Notes: generated by a model from the sequence alone, not told the origin. DNA of 64,000 nt from an uncultured Nitrospinota bacterium (GCA_963707985.1 CAVPRW010000008.1:96001-160000); one strand, 5' to 3'. Positions 33,010 to 43,913 are shown, counted from the stretch's first letter. Made by a program: numbers and translations.

Positions 33010-33654
33010 GTGAGCGAAGATTATCAGTTTCAAACACGCATTAACCCATCATGGCTGGCGGCGGTTCGCGTCGCCTCACCTCGGTTGCGGATTGCCACAC
33101 CTTTCCCATTGATGAATATCGTGGCCCGCGAAAAAGGTGTCACCGCCAGCATCGAGGGCCAAGCCTTAGTGTTGACGGTCGGCCCCGGCGACCCACCACC
33201 CAGCTGGCCGTCTCGTCAACTCGACCTGCTGGGGATTCTGCAGAGGTGCTCGGACGCGGCGAGCATGTTAGAGGCGATTCGCGCTTCCCAGCCGACCGTC
33301 AAGCCACGAGCCGCAGAACGTTCCAGTCCCAGGGCAGCGAAGACCACACGGACAGCACGCGCAACCAAGACGACCGAGCGTCCCTCAGAACCCCCACCTG
33401 TCGTCTCCGTGCCCTTTACGACTATGCTCTCGACCGCACGGCCAGAGGAGGTTTGGGCGGCGATTCGAGAGTGTCAGGGTGAGCCATTTACCGTGGATGA
33501 GCTGCAGACGAAATTGGACGCGGGCGTGGGGCCATACGTGATGATGTGGGCTCGCGACGGCTATCTTATCAAGGCTGATCGCGATTCCAGTCCTGGTGCA
33601 TCCTGGCGTTACCGGCTGCTACGGGACGACCCCGAACATCCGCCGGTCGGATGA
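33010..33654 (+). CDS. hypothetical protein
   Basis: 214-aa ORF with low-complexity linker and possible C-terminal winged-helix-like segment. Confidence 0.5.
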   Translation: MSEDYQFQTRINPSWLAAVRVASPRLRIATPFPLMNIVAREKGVTASIEGQALVLTVGPGDPPPSWPSRQLDLLGILQRCSDAASMLEAIRASQPTVKPRAAERSSPRAAKTTRTARATKTTERPSEPPPVVSVPFTTMLSTARPEEVWAAIRECQGEPFTVDELQTKLDAGVGPYVMMWARDGYLIKADRDSSPGASWRYRLLRDDPEHPPVG

Positions 33655-33663
33655 CAGCGGCGC

Positions 33664-34053
33664 TTATCCCTGTCGCATGAGCTGTTGTATCAGCCCGCCT
33701 AAACTGCGCGACAGAGTATCCTTGGTGACGACCTGGGTGCATCTGTCGTGCAAAGGGCCAGTGCGTTTCCAGTCGGCGTGGGTGGTGTAGCCTAGAATCG
33801 GCACCGTCACCTGAGGCACCTCGACAGCAAGCTCCTCGAACAGCGCTGCCATATTAATCCCATTGACTGTCAGGTCAGCGATCACCAAGGCTGGGCGCGC
33901 CTGCCGGAAGCGGTCAAGAAACTCTTCCGCGCTTCCGGCAAAATGAATGGGGAATCCGACCGCTTTAGCAGTGTCCCCGATCTTCAGCGTAAAGAACAGG
34001 TCGGTAACCAGCGCCAAGATTGGCCGTGGTTGGGTAATGGTTTCCTCAGTCAT
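33664..34053 (-). CDS. receiver-like small protein
   Basis: ILALVTDLFF, PALVIADL pattern; coupled to rluD. Confidence 0.55.
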   Translation of the reverse strand: MTEETITQPRPILALVTDLFFTLKIGDTAKAVGFPIHFAGSAEEFLDRFRQARPALVIADLTVNGINMAALFEELAVEVPQVTVPILGYTTHADWKRTGPLHDRCTQVVTKDTLSRSLGGLIQQLMRQG

Positions 34054-35066
34054 GGCATTTTCTCTCCCGGACGATTTCCTACGTGATCTCTCGCGATCTC
34101 TTCCTTCATATCATGTTCCAGAGCGTTGGCTCCGCGCCGCAGGATGGCTAACACTTCCTCCAGGTCAGCCGGGAGGGGAGCGTGACATTCGAGCCATTCT
34201 CCCGTAGCAGGGTGCACCAATCCCAGGCTCCAGGCATGCAGTGCCTGCCGGCGAAACCAGGCGAGCTGGTGGGCCAGCGGCGAGCGTTGCAGCACTCTCT
34301 GGGAGTGGCCGTAGGTGGGATCACCCAGCAATGGATGCCCTACAGCAGCCATGTGGACGCGGATTTGATGTGTGCGTCCGGTTCGGGGCGACAGTTCCAC
34401 TAGGGTGTAGGACCCGAAGCGCTCCAGCACGCGAAATTCGGTCACGGCGTGACGTCCCACGCGCGTGTGCGTAGACATCTGCTGCCGGTGCACGGGATGC
34501 CGGCCCACGGCGGCGTCGATCACGCCGTCAACGTCGCGAATATTGCCGTGCACGACCGCCAGGTACCGCTTCTTCACCTGGCGGTCGGCGAACAGGCCTG
34601 CCAAGCCACGATGCGTTGCATCATCTTTCGCCACCACGATTACCCCAGAGGTATCCTTGTCGAGCCGATGCACGATTCCTGGACGCTCGATGCCCCCGAT
34701 GCCCGATAGATGTGTACAGTGGGCCAGCACCGCATTGACTAGCGTTCCAGAGGCATTGCCCGGGCTCGGATGTACCACCATGCCTGCGCTCTTGTTGACC
34801 ACCAGCAGATAGACATCTTCATAGAGGATATCGAGCGCAATCGGCTGGGGGAGTAGAGCTGAGGGTTTGGGCGGCGGCAAGCTGACGCTGATCCGATTTC
34901 CGGCGCGAAGGCGATAACCGGCTTTTGCCGCGCGCCCATCCACGACGATCTGTTGCTCGTCGATGAGTTGCTGCACGTAGGACCGTGAGCACGTCGGCAA
35001 CTGCCGGGTCACATAGCGGTCAAGTCGCTCTCCGACATCCTCAGGTGTCAGTGAGAATTCCGGCAT
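34050..35066 (-). CDS. rluD: 23S rRNA pseudouridine synthase RluD family
   Basis: S4 domain RLD; RPGIVHRLDKDTSG; TGRTHQIRVH; RQALHA. Confidence 0.93.
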   Translation of the reverse strand: MPEFSLTPEDVGERLDRYVTRQLPTCSRSYVQQLIDEQQIVVDGRAAKAGYRLRAGNRISVSLPPPKPSALLPQPIALDILYEDVYLLVVNKSAGMVVHPSPGNASGTLVNAVLAHCTHLSGIGGIERPGIVHRLDKDTSGVIVVAKDDATHRGLAGLFADRQVKKRYLAVVHGNIRDVDGVIDAAVGRHPVHRQQMSTHTRVGRHAVTEFRVLERFGSYTLVELSPRTGRTHQIRVHMAAVGHPLLGDPTYGHSQRVLQRSPLAHQLAWFRRQALHAWSLGLVHPATGEWLECHAPLPADLEEVLAILRRGANALEHDMKEEIARDHVGNRPGEKMP

Positions 35067-35075
35067 GGAGGTCAG

Positions 35076-35561
35076 TTACTGCTTGGGAGCCTTGCCAAAG
35101 AGCAGGTCCCAGCATAGGAGGGCCACGCCCACAGTAATCGCCGCATCGGCGATGTTAAAAGCAGGCCAATGGTAGTGAGACCAGTGGACGTCGAGGAAAT
35201 CGATGACTTCGTCGAAGCGGAGCCGGTCGATCAGATTACCGATCGCGCCGCCCATGATCAAGGAGAAGGCCAGGCGCACCAGAACACGGTCAGGTGGAGT
35301 GCTCCGGTAGATCAGAAAAATGATCATCACAGCCACCGCCGAGAGCCCTAGCAAGAGCGGTCTCACAATCCCACGGTTGCCCTGGGCGAAGAGCCCAAAT
35401 GCGCCGCCCGGATTACGCACGTAAGTGATGTCGAAGTAGTTCTCGATCACGATAATGGATTGGTGTGGCCACATCGCCGCATCGACGTACAGCTTGGTGA
35501 GTTGGTCACACAGTACAATAACGCCGACGGTGATCAGAAGGCGTGTATATCGATTTGCCAT
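35076..35561 (-). CDS. lspA: lipoprotein signal peptidase II
   Basis: DQLTK, NPGGAFG, GAIGNLIDR, VIDF, FNIAD. Confidence 0.96.
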   Translation of the reverse strand: MANRYTRLLITVGVIVLCDQLTKLYVDAAMWPHQSIIVIENYFDITYVRNPGGAFGLFAQGNRGIVRPLLLGLSAVAVMIIFLIYRSTPPDRVLVRLAFSLIMGGAIGNLIDRLRFDEVIDFLDVHWSHYHWPAFNIADAAITVGVALLCWDLLFGKAPKQ

Positions 35562-35837
35562 CTGGCCGCTCAACCGAAAATGGGACGTAGGAGGGCACTC
35601 GGTGATGCCGTCCCCGAGGACAGGACAGTGAATCGGCCTATGTTGCTCCGTCGCATTGGAGACGCTACACTAGTGGTCAACGCCGACACCTCGCACGGTT
35701 GTGAAGAAGGCCTCAGACTAAGGCGCTGATCGTTGCTGCGCACATCGTACTTGAGGAACCGGGAAAAGGCAAGCTGAGAAGCGATGGCCGAGGCAGAGAC
35801 GTAGGGACATGGCGTCCGCCTCTGAGGTAGGAAATCA

Positions 35838-36278
35838 ATGGCTGATGACTCCGCCCTGACAATCACTGAAACGCTTGAAATCCCCCTCGCGGAGCTCCAT
35901 TTCCAATTCAGTCGCAGTGGGGGCCCTGGGGGGCAGCACGTCAATCGCTCCGCCACGCAGGTCGAGTTGACCTTCGACGTGGCGAATTCCCCAAGCCTGA
36001 CCGAGGCTCAGCGGACCAGGATTCTGTCCCAGCTCAAGTCCTACACCGATACCCGTGGTATCCTGCACCTCAGCTCTCAGACCACCCGCAGCCAGCATCG
36101 CAACCGTGCCGAGGTCATCGAACGCTTCCAGCACCTCCTGCAGCGGGCCTTGCATATTCCCAAACGTCGTGTGCCGACGCGCCCTCCTCCCCAGGTCAAG
36201 GAACAGCGTCTGGCGGAGAAACGCCACAAGAGCACGATCAAGGAGGGGCGGGCTCGCAAGCAACCTGACGGGGAGTAA
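35838..36278 (+). CDS. arfB: alternative ribosome rescue factor ArfB (YaeJ)
   Basis: FSRSGGPGGQHVN, RSQHRNR, basic C-terminal tail. Confidence 0.93.
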   Translation: MADDSALTITETLEIPLAELHFQFSRSGGPGGQHVNRSATQVELTFDVANSPSLTEAQRTRILSQLKSYTDTRGILHLSSQTTRSQHRNRAEVIERFQHLLQRALHIPKRRVPTRPPPQVKEQRLAEKRHKSTIKEGRARKQPDGE

Positions 36279-36439
36279 CCCAGCCTACCTACAGCATTGC
36301 CCTTGCTCCCTAGCGTCGCCTGTAGTAGAAGGCGCAGGCGCTGGGAAGGCGACTCGTGGCTCGAGACACAGCAAGCGGGAGGCACGGATGGTGAACGCGA
36401 CACGATGGGTTTGGCAACGATTGCCAGCGGTGTCAGCCC

Positions 36440-36832
36440 ATGGCAGATGAGCCGCAGCGCGAATTTCAGGGAGCCGGTGGCACGCCTGGTGGCATTGGCG
36501 AGTTCGTCATCGGCCTGGTGATGGTGGCTACCGGCGGCTACCTTTTGCTCAATCAAGTCACTGTTACCACTGGTTTTTGGGCGTTCTGGGGTTACAATGC
36601 CTTTGGCCTCACGCTGGTGCCGTTGTTGGCGGGCATTGGTTGGTTATTCTTTGATGGACGTGCGGCCTTTGCCTGGTTGCTAGTGATCCTCGGGGCTGCG
36701 ATCATCTTTGTGGGGATCATAGCCAATCTCCACATCTATTTTCGCCCCACCAGTTTATTCAACACGTTGATCATGTTGGGGTTGGTCGTCGGCGGTTTAG
36801 GGTTAATCGCCCGTGCGTTGAGAGCCCATTGA
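36440..36832 (+). CDS. hypothetical membrane protein
   Basis: GAGGTPGG start, four TM segments. Confidence 0.7.
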   Translation: MADEPQREFQGAGGTPGGIGEFVIGLVMVATGGYLLLNQVTVTTGFWAFWGYNAFGLTLVPLLAGIGWLFFDGRAAFAWLLVILGAAIIFVGIIANLHIYFRPTSLFNTLIMLGLVVGGLGLIARALRAH

Positions 36833-36855
36833 GATCATATGGAGAGGGGACAACA

Positions 36856-37062
36856 ATGGCCACAGAGCCACGTGTGACCAAAGAAACCGTGGAGAAGATG
36901 GCGCGTGAGGTGGTGGGGATCGACCTGAGCCCAGATGAAATCGACCAGCTGCCCCCACTACTTGACAGACTCCTCGCCGATCTAGCCCAGATTCCTGACG
37001 CCGACCTGCAGGACATCGAGCCACCGCTGTTCTTTCAGGCGGGTGAGTCTGAGCCGAGGTAA
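36856..37062 (+). CDS. small GatC/AtzG-like protein
   Basis: MAREVVGIDLSPDEI...DIEPPLFF pattern. Confidence 0.45.
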   Translation: MATEPRVTKETVEKMAREVVGIDLSPDEIDQLPPLLDRLLADLAQIPDADLQDIEPPLFFQAGESEPR

Positions 37063-37103
37063 TTTCCCTCTTGATCAGGTGCATGGAAACAGACGACCCG
37101 GTT

Positions 37104-37136
37104 CCTTCTCCCTGAGGGAGAGAGCGCGGGTGAGGG
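37104..37136. repeat. REP-like dispersed repeat copy
   Basis: CCTTCTCCC-TGA-GGGAGAGAG...GGGTGAGGG. Confidence 0.5.
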
Positions 37137-37143
37137 AGCTTCC

Positions 37144-37359
37144 ATGTCACATGTCGTTTTTGCCATAAGCCGCGGCTTGCCTCCGCGTGACATCATCGAT
37201 TGCCGCAAGCTGGCGGAGGAGTTAGGCTATGAACCGGCTGAGGTGGCCGGAGGGCATGGCGGCGATCAGTGCCCCATCTTCTCAGCCTGCGCGGCTGCGA
37301 CCAAGCGGATTCTCTTGGGCACCAGCATCAGCAGCGTCTTCGGGCGAAGCTTAGGCTAA
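37144..37359 (+). pseudogene. truncated LLM oxidoreductase N-terminus
   Basis: LAEELGYE...AAATKRILLGTSI, ends after 71 aa. Confidence 0.6.
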
Positions 37360-37895
37360 AGTCCAACACTGAGGGCTTGAATGACCTGCGTGTTTGGGAG
37401 GTGCCTGAGGGCCTCTGGTGCAATTTTAATCTTCAACGACCGGCTTCCACCTCCAAGTATCACATAGTCGAGCGACATAATCGGCGCATCGATGTATATG
37501 GGTAGCTCCGGCGGCAACGCGAATACCGTGACGCCACCGATCATCATACCGGTTAGTGCCACCGTATCATCAGCCGAGGCGAACGACACCCGCGACGCCC
37601 CCATAAGTCTCCTAACCGCGTGATTGACGTCGAGCCGTGTCGTCGCTAACACAAGGCAGGCGCCATACTGTTTTGGCTCGCGCTTGGACCCCACGATGAT
37701 CGTATTGACGGAGTGCTCAAGCGGGAAACCATAGCGTTCGCAAAATGACGTCGTATCAGCAAAGGCGGCATCGATGGGAATCAGCTCGTAGGGCACCCCA
37801 AACTCGGCCAGCACGTGGCGCACCCGTTCTTCGATCTCTAGGCCCTGTAGCACGGTGGGAGACTCCCCCTTTCTGGACAAGTCGGTCCTCAGCAT
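37356..37895 (-). CDS. YbaK/EbsC aminoacyl-tRNA editing domain protein
   Basis: SVNTIIV, TGMMIGGVTVF, LGGGSRSLK. Confidence 0.82.
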   Translation of the reverse strand: MLRTDLSRKGESPTVLQGLEIEERVRHVLAEFGVPYELIPIDAAFADTTSFCERYGFPLEHSVNTIIVGSKREPKQYGACLVLATTRLDVNHAVRRLMGASRVSFASADDTVALTGMMIGGVTVFALPPELPIYIDAPIMSLDYVILGGGSRSLKIKIAPEALRHLPNTQVIQALSVGL

Positions 37896-37937
37896 GCATG
37901 CGCTGGCGCTAAGGCCAAAGCACTGAGACGTCAGAGC

Positions 37938-39102
37938 TCAATCGGCATACTCGAAGCGTCCAATCACCGGATAATGGTCTGAAAGGTCGCGCCCGTGCTG
38001 AGTTTTGGCGCACGCTGGGACAACAGGACTGACATGAAACGGTCGCAGCCGCGCGCGAACACACATGGGAAATTCCCGCTCGGCCCGCAGCGGCATGACC
38101 TCGAGTTCGGCTCTTACGGGATGTTGATGCCTGATCGCGGGCAACACGTAGTCCACCAACCAGGGACCTCGCCCGAACAGCGTGTTGTCCACGTCCATCG
38201 TCGCCCGTCGTTCGCCTACGATAGCTGGCATCGATACCCCCAGGATGTCGATAATGGCTTGAAATTGCGGGTTCTCCGGCCCACGGGTATTCAAATCTCC
38301 TGCCAGCAACACCGGTTCGGCAAATGGGATGTTCTGCTGTTGAATGAACCTGGCCATTTCGCGCGCCTGGTCGCTCCGCACTGCTGCCGCCGAGGCTCCA
38401 CCCCAGGCTTGCAGGTGGGTTCCGAACAGGTGATATCGCTTCGTGCGTCCGTCCAACATCTTTTCGATGCGCGCGTATTGCACGCCTTTGGCCGCCAGAC
38501 AATCCGGGAAGCGACAAGCGCTGTAAACCAGGTCCTGCGAGGCTGATAATGGGCCATTTCGAGGCAATAAAGATCCCTCCGTTACTCGGTTTCCACCACG
38601 TCGAGACCGGCGGGAGATGATACTGCCACCCGTACGAGGTGAGAAGATCAGTGAGCTTGAGCTTCCCAGCACAGGCCCCGGAAAAACTCTCGTTCAAGAC
38701 GAGCGCGTCGACATGTTCCTGGCCTGCGATGCGACGCGCCAGTGCCTGAGGAATGCGGCACACGCGTTCCCTCTGACCTTCTTGACCAACCCAATATGGC
38801 CTGTCCATGATGTTATACTGCACGATGGTGAAGTGATTCAGATGCTCGGGTATGGCAGGTTTCAGCGCCACCATCGGCGCCTCACACAAGACCTTTTTGC
38901 CGCTGAGGCATGAAAACCCGTCGCCTGAGGTGTCACTGCGGACATAGGTGAGACCAAGGACGTCGCAGTCCTGCTGGCTGGCGGTGCAAAAGGGAGACGT
39001 GCCAAGCCAGGCAGTCGGTTGAGAATCAGCGCTAAAGCACCCGGAAGCTATGGTGAGCAGCAAGGCGAGCAATGCCTGGACAAGGGCCGGAGGTTTCCTC
39101 AT
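37938..39102 (-). pseudogene. sphingomyelinase-like EEP phosphodiesterase lipoprotein, frameshifted near 38540
   Basis: Lipobox ASGC, YNI, LNESF, ASKWPI in one frame; KGVQY, GTHLQ, AGDLN, DYV, LSDHYPV in the next. Confidence 0.78.
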
Positions 39103-39467
39103 GTGTCTACTGACTCGATGCGCTTCAGAGCCGCAAGCAGTCTGGCGTTGAGCGGTGCTCCAACGAAAGCCTTCAGCGGCTCCAGTCGCGAGATAGTTAA
39201 CAGGCTGATCTCCCTCATCGCGATGCGTCTGACTCTAGTCTGGGTGCAACAATTTGTCAACCCATGACATCATGTAGGCCGCGGATGAGCAGGACCTGAA
39301 GTGGTGTGTAGATGTCGATTCTGCCCTGTAGAGTGCGCGTTGCCGGCGTACGAGACGCAGTGTCATGAAGCAATGGTTGAGGGATAATCAGGTGAGGCAT
39401 TGCGGATTTCGCTCCCTTCTTGTCTTGTGATAAGGTATTGTAGGGAATGCAGGATTAGCCAGTAAAC

Positions 39468-41978
39468 ATGGAGAGAGGGCGGAAGAGGGGAGACTATGTG
39501 CTACCGATGACCCTGGGCCGGATGCCTACTGTAACTCAGCAAGATGCGCCCCGATGGATGGGGACTTCGGGCCTATGGCCCTACCTCATGCACATCGTGC
39601 TCCTGATCGCGCTGTATGTCGGCACCGCCAAACTAGGGCTCTCACTTCACGCTGTCGGTGGCTTTGCCACAGCCGTCTGGCCGCCGACAGGGCTTGCCCT
39701 GGTGGCGCTGGTCTTCGGGGGGTATCGTCTATGGCCCGGCATCGTGTTCGGTGCCTACCTTGTCAATGTCTGGGCCGGTGCCCCGTTGCTGGTCGCTGCC
39801 GGCATGGCCCTGGGGAACACCTTCGAAGCCTTGTTGGGCGCCATATTCCTCAGGCGTGTGGTCCGGTTTCGTCCCGCACTCGATCGGCTTCGTGATGTGG
39901 CTGGTCTCGTGGGTGCGGCGATCCTGAGCACCCTGGTGAGCGCCACGGTAGGCGTCACGAGCGGCTGGCTTGGGGGTGTCATTGCTGCTGACGTCTATAG
40001 CGAGGCGTGGCGGACCTGGTGGCTTGGAGATATGAACGGCGATTTGGTGGTGGGTGCGCTGCTATTGACCTGGGGCACGCGCCCGCGAATCATCTTATCA
40101 TCCCGACCGATCCTGGAAGGCGGTGGCCTGCTTGTTACCGTTGTCACCTTGAGCTTGTTCGTCTTCACCAGGTCCCTGGCCACGGATATCATTGATTTCT
40201 CCTATCTCATCTTTCCCGTCCTCATCTGGGCAGCGCTCCGCTTTGGACCATCGGGTACCAGCGCAGCTACCGCCGTCGTGTCCTCCCTAGCCATCTGGGG
40301 AACAGCTCACGGGGGTGGTCCCTTTGCCGGTGGGACTTTTCATGAAGGTGTCTTGGCCCTCCAGACTTTTATGAGCATTGTCGCGGGGACGGTCCTGGTC
40401 TTAGCGGCGGTGGTTGCCGAACGCAAGCGGGCTGAGCTGCGGCTGGTAACCCATGACGCCACGACACGCGTGTTGGCCGAAATGGCCACCCCCAGAGAGG
40501 CCATCCCCAGGGCGTTGCAGACTATCTGTGAGAGCCTTGATTGGGACATGGGCACCCTCTGGCACATGGACCGCGAGGCCCAGGTGCTGCGCTACGGCGA
40601 GAGTTGGCATCGACCATCGCTCGGGCTCCTAGAATTTGCGGCCCCTCACCGATCTTATACCTTTGCCCCCGGTATCGGCCTGCCGGGGCGTGTGTGGGTG
40701 AGCAAGGAGCCGGTATGGATTGTCGACGTGACCCAAAATGCCAACATCCCCCGTACCCCCATGGCTGCCAACGCTGGTTTCCACAGTGTCATTGCTGTTC
40801 CGCTGCAGTTGGGGAGCGATATTCTTGGCGTGATGGAGCTTTTCAGCCGCGAGCGCAGACCACAGGATGATGAGCTCCTCCAGATGGTGGCAGCCCTCGG
40901 GAGCCAGCTGGGCCAATTCTTGGAGCGCAAGCACGTGGAGGAGGCCCTTCGGGAGGGTGAAGAGCGCCTCCGCATTGCCCTCCAGGCCGGGCAGATGGGC
41001 ACCTGGGAGTGGGACATCACAACGGGTCAGGTGATCTGGTCTGAAACTCTCGAGGCCATCCACGGCCTGGCCCCCGGCACCTTCCCAGGCACCTATGAAG
41101 CCTATTACTCCGACATTCATCCCGAGGATCGTGACCGCGTCGCCGACACGATTGCCAAGACGCTCAGCGGGGGCAGTGACCACTGTATCACATACCGGAT
41201 TGTGCTCCCCGACGGCCGCGTGCGATGGGTGGAGCGTCGCGGCCGCCTCTTTGTTGACGATGGCGAGATGGGACGCCCCGTGCGCATGAGCGGGGTATGC
41301 ATGGATATCACCGACCGCAAGGGGGCCGAAGACCGACTGAAGGCCGCGCTCCGAGAAAAAGAAGTGCTGCTCCAGGAAGTACACCACCGGGTGAAGAACA
41401 ACCTGCAGGTGATTTCCAGTCTACTTAGCCTCCAGGCGGGTTACATCGAGGATCCCAGGGGGCAGGCGATGTTTGCCGACTGTGGATATCGTATCCACTC
41501 TATGGCCCTCATTTACCAAAGTCTCTACCAGTCGGAGAGCATGGCCCAGATTGACTTCAGGGCTTTTATCCAGGCGTTGGCCCGCGACCTCTTCCGTGCC
41601 TATGCCATCGATGAGGAGCGCATTCGGCTGGCAGCCGCCGTCGATGACATCTCCCTCACGATCGATACCGCGATGCCCTGCGCGCTCCTTGCCCATGAGC
41701 TCGTCTCCAATTGTCTCAAGCACGCCTTTCCCCAGGGGCGGGTCGGCCATATTTGGGTGACGTTTCGCCGTCTGCCAGACGGGAAGCTTCAGCTGCAGGT
41801 GCGCGATGATGGCGTGGGCCTCCTCGATGCGGTAGCCCCTCACACTGTTGAGTCGTTCGGCCTCCAACTGGTGGATATCTTACGTGAGCAACTCCGTGCC
41901 ACGCTGGAGCTGCAGCGACATCCGGGCACCACCGTGACGATGACGTTTGCCGAGCTGACCCATCAGAGCAAGAGCTAG
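39468..41978 (+). CDS. MASE1-GAF-PAS sensor histidine kinase (HisKA_2 type)
   Basis: VWPPTG/WWLGD MASE1, GLPGRVW GAF, IHPEDR PAS, EVHHRVKNNLQ, DDGVG. Confidence 0.92.
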   Translation: MERGRKRGDYVLPMTLGRMPTVTQQDAPRWMGTSGLWPYLMHIVLLIALYVGTAKLGLSLHAVGGFATAVWPPTGLALVALVFGGYRLWPGIVFGAYLVNVWAGAPLLVAAGMALGNTFEALLGAIFLRRVVRFRPALDRLRDVAGLVGAAILSTLVSATVGVTSGWLGGVIAADVYSEAWRTWWLGDMNGDLVVGALLLTWGTRPRIILSSRPILEGGGLLVTVVTLSLFVFTRSLATDIIDFSYLIFPVLIWAALRFGPSGTSAATAVVSSLAIWGTAHGGGPFAGGTFHEGVLALQTFMSIVAGTVLVLAAVVAERKRAELRLVTHDATTRVLAEMATPREAIPRALQTICESLDWDMGTLWHMDREAQVLRYGESWHRPSLGLLEFAAPHRSYTFAPGIGLPGRVWVSKEPVWIVDVTQNANIPRTPMAANAGFHSVIAVPLQLGSDILGVMELFSRERRPQDDELLQMVAALGSQLGQFLERKHVEEALREGEERLRIALQAGQMGTWEWDITTGQVIWSETLEAIHGLAPGTFPGTYEAYYSDIHPEDRDRVADTIAKTLSGGSDHCITYRIVLPDGRVRWVERRGRLFVDDGEMGRPVRMSGVCMDITDRKGAEDRLKAALREKEVLLQEVHHRVKNNLQVISSLLSLQAGYIEDPRGQAMFADCGYRIHSMALIYQSLYQSESMAQIDFRAFIQALARDLFRAYAIDEERIRLAAAVDDISLTIDTAMPCALLAHELVSNCLKHAFPQGRVGHIWVTFRRLPDGKLQLQVRDDGVGLLDAVAPHTVESFGLQLVDILREQLRATLELQRHPGTTVTMTFAELTHQSKS

Positions 41979-41982
41979 ACCT

Positions 41983-42075
41983 ATGACGTCTGTACGAATA
42001 CTCAACGTTGAAGACGAGCATAAGGGTGGCCCAGAGAAAGACGATACACGTGAGATCGAAGACTCGCGCCCCTGA
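41983..42075 (+). pseudogene. vestigial response-regulator N-terminus
   Basis: MTSVRILNVEDE matches the receiver start (cf. MAPAQILIVEDE at 43879), then diverges. Confidence 0.5.
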
Positions 42076-42131
42076 AACACGATGCCACAGACGAGGGTGA
42101 GGCACCTTCGTGTGCGCCAAGGAGAGACAAC

Positions 42132-43913
42132 ATGGCTGAGGTGGCTCCGAATACCTCCCTCTTGCACCCCAAGGGTTGCGTGGTCATGCTTGAGGACACC
42201 CTGATGACCTCGGAGCTTACCCGCCGCCGACCCAGGGCCCCTGATTACGCGTCTGAAAACGGTGTTCTGGTTGCTCTCGCCCGTGAGATGGCGGTCAATC
42301 CCTGCACCCTGCTGCAGGCGCTTGTCGACAAGACTGTGGACTTGTGCCGGGCTGGCACAGCTGGCATCAGCGTGCTGAAGACCGATAGCGACGGCGAGTA
42401 TCTCGTTTGCGAAGCCCTCTCCGGCGTGTACGCCCCCTCTATCAGGAGCCGTATCCCCCGCCACTTCAGCCCCTCCGGCACAACGCTCGATCGGAATGCT
42501 CCCCAACTGTTCTCGTATCCGGCTCGCTATTTCACGTATTTCCCCCAGGCCGCTGCGCCCATCATCGAGGTGCTGGTCGTGCCGATATACGTCAGTGGCC
42601 GCCCGTGTGGGACGATATGGATTCTGGCCCATAATGCGACGCGCCAGTTTGATGCCGAGGATGTGCGCCTTCTGACGAGCCTCGCCGCATTTGCCAGCTT
42701 GGGGCTGCAGGTCATCTCTGCCCTGGAGGTAGCGCAGACCAACCGGATGTGGGGCGGGCCCGAGGTGCCGACGAGGACCGCTCACTGGGCTCAGCTGTCG
42801 GCGCCGGTCAGCCAGCAACAGCCAACTGTCGCGGCTCGCCGTACCGGCGAATGGCCGTTCCAGCGCCTGCTCGAGAAGCTGCCGGCAGCCGCGTACACTT
42901 GCGATCCCGACGGGCTGATCACCTATTTCAACCCACAAGCGGTAAAGCTCTGGGGACGTGCTCCCAAGTTGAACGATCCGGTGGACCGCTTCTGCGGCTC
43001 CTTTAAACTCTTTACGACGCATGGTGTTCCGATCGCTCACGACGCCTGCTGGATGGCCCTGGCCCTGAAGATGAACCAAGAATACAACGGCCACGAGATT
43101 GTCATCGAGCGCCCAGACGGGCAACGTCTGACCGCCCTGGCCTATGCCAACCCCATGCACGATGCGACCGGCACGCTGCTTGGGGCGGTGAACGTGCTCG
43201 TGGATATCACCGAGCGCACGCAGGCGGAGGCCCAGCTCCAGGCCTCCCTCCACGAGAAGGAAGTGCTCCTCAAGGAGATCCACCATCGCGTCAAGAACAA
43301 CCTACAGCTCATTGCCAGCCTGCTCTACCTGCAGTCCGACCACCTCAAGCACCCTGAGGACCTGGCCCTCTTTGAGGACACCCAGAACCGGGTGAAATCG
43401 ATGGCACTCGTGCATGAAAGTCTCTACCATACGGGTGATCTGGCCCGCTTCAATTTTGCCCGCTACCTCGAGCGCTTGACCTCACACCTGTGCCAGTCCC
43501 ATGGGGCAGAGCGTGCCGGCATCCGCCTCCACATGGCACTCGAGGAGGTGGTCCTGGACGGGGATACGGCCATCCCCTGCGGCCTCATCGTGAACGAGCT
43601 CCTGACCAACGCCCTCAAATACGCCTTTCCGGACGGACGCGCCGGGACCATCCACCTCACGCTGCGGGCCGCCGGCGACCAGGTCACGCTGAGGGTCCGT
43701 GACACGGGCATTGGCCTTCCCCACGGCTTTGATGTGCACACCACGGAGTCCCTGGGACTGCAGCTCGTCGGCATGATGACCGAGCAACTCGGGGGAACGC
43801 TCACGCTCACAGGTGCCGGTGGCACGACGTGGACCGTCAGCCTTCCCTATCGTCTGCGGCAGGTCAAGGAGGAGGCGTATGGCCCCGGCCCAGATTCTGA
43901 TCGTGGAAGATGA
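42132..43913 (+). CDS. GAF-PAS sensor histidine kinase (HisKA_2 type)
   Basis: EIHHRVKNNLQ, NELLTNALKYAF, DTGIG. Confidence 0.92.
   Translation: MAEVAPNTSLLHPKGCVVMLEDTLMTSELTRRRPRAPDYASENGVLVALAREMAVNPCTLLQALVDKTVDLCRAGTAGISVLKTDSDGEYLVCEALSGVYAPSIRSRIPRHFSPSGTTLDRNAPQLFSYPARYFTYFPQAAAPIIEVLVVPIYVSGRPCGTIWILAHNATRQFDAEDVRLLTSLAAFASLGLQVISALEVAQTNRMWGGPEVPTRTAHWAQLSAPVSQQQPTVAARRTGEWPFQRLLEKLPAAAYTCDPDGLITYFNPQAVKLWGRAPKLNDPVDRFCGSFKLFTTHGVPIAHDACWMALALKMNQEYNGHEIVIERPDGQRLTALAYANPMHDATGTLLGAVNVLVDITERTQAEAQLQASLHEKEVLLKEIHHRVKNNLQLIASLLYLQSDHLKHPEDLALFEDTQNRVKSMALVHESLYHTGDLARFNFARYLERLTSHLCQSHGAERAGIRLHMALEEVVLDGDTAIPCGLIVNELLTNALKYAFPDGRAGTIHLTLRAAGDQVTLRVRDTGIGLPHGFDVHTTESLGLQLVGMMTEQLGGTLTLTGAGGTTWTVSLPYRLRQVKEEAYGPGPDSDRGR

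Noticed and set aside
39125..39205. attC-like hairpin (GAGCCGC...GCGGCTC) upstream of the sphingomyelinase-like gene
   Set aside because: No proper RYYYAAC/GTTRRRY core sites at the ends
41880..43286. 468-aa minus-strand ORF (and similar long antisense ORFs, e.g. 29321-30280)
   Set aside because: Shadow ORFs opposite well-supported genes in GC-rich DNA
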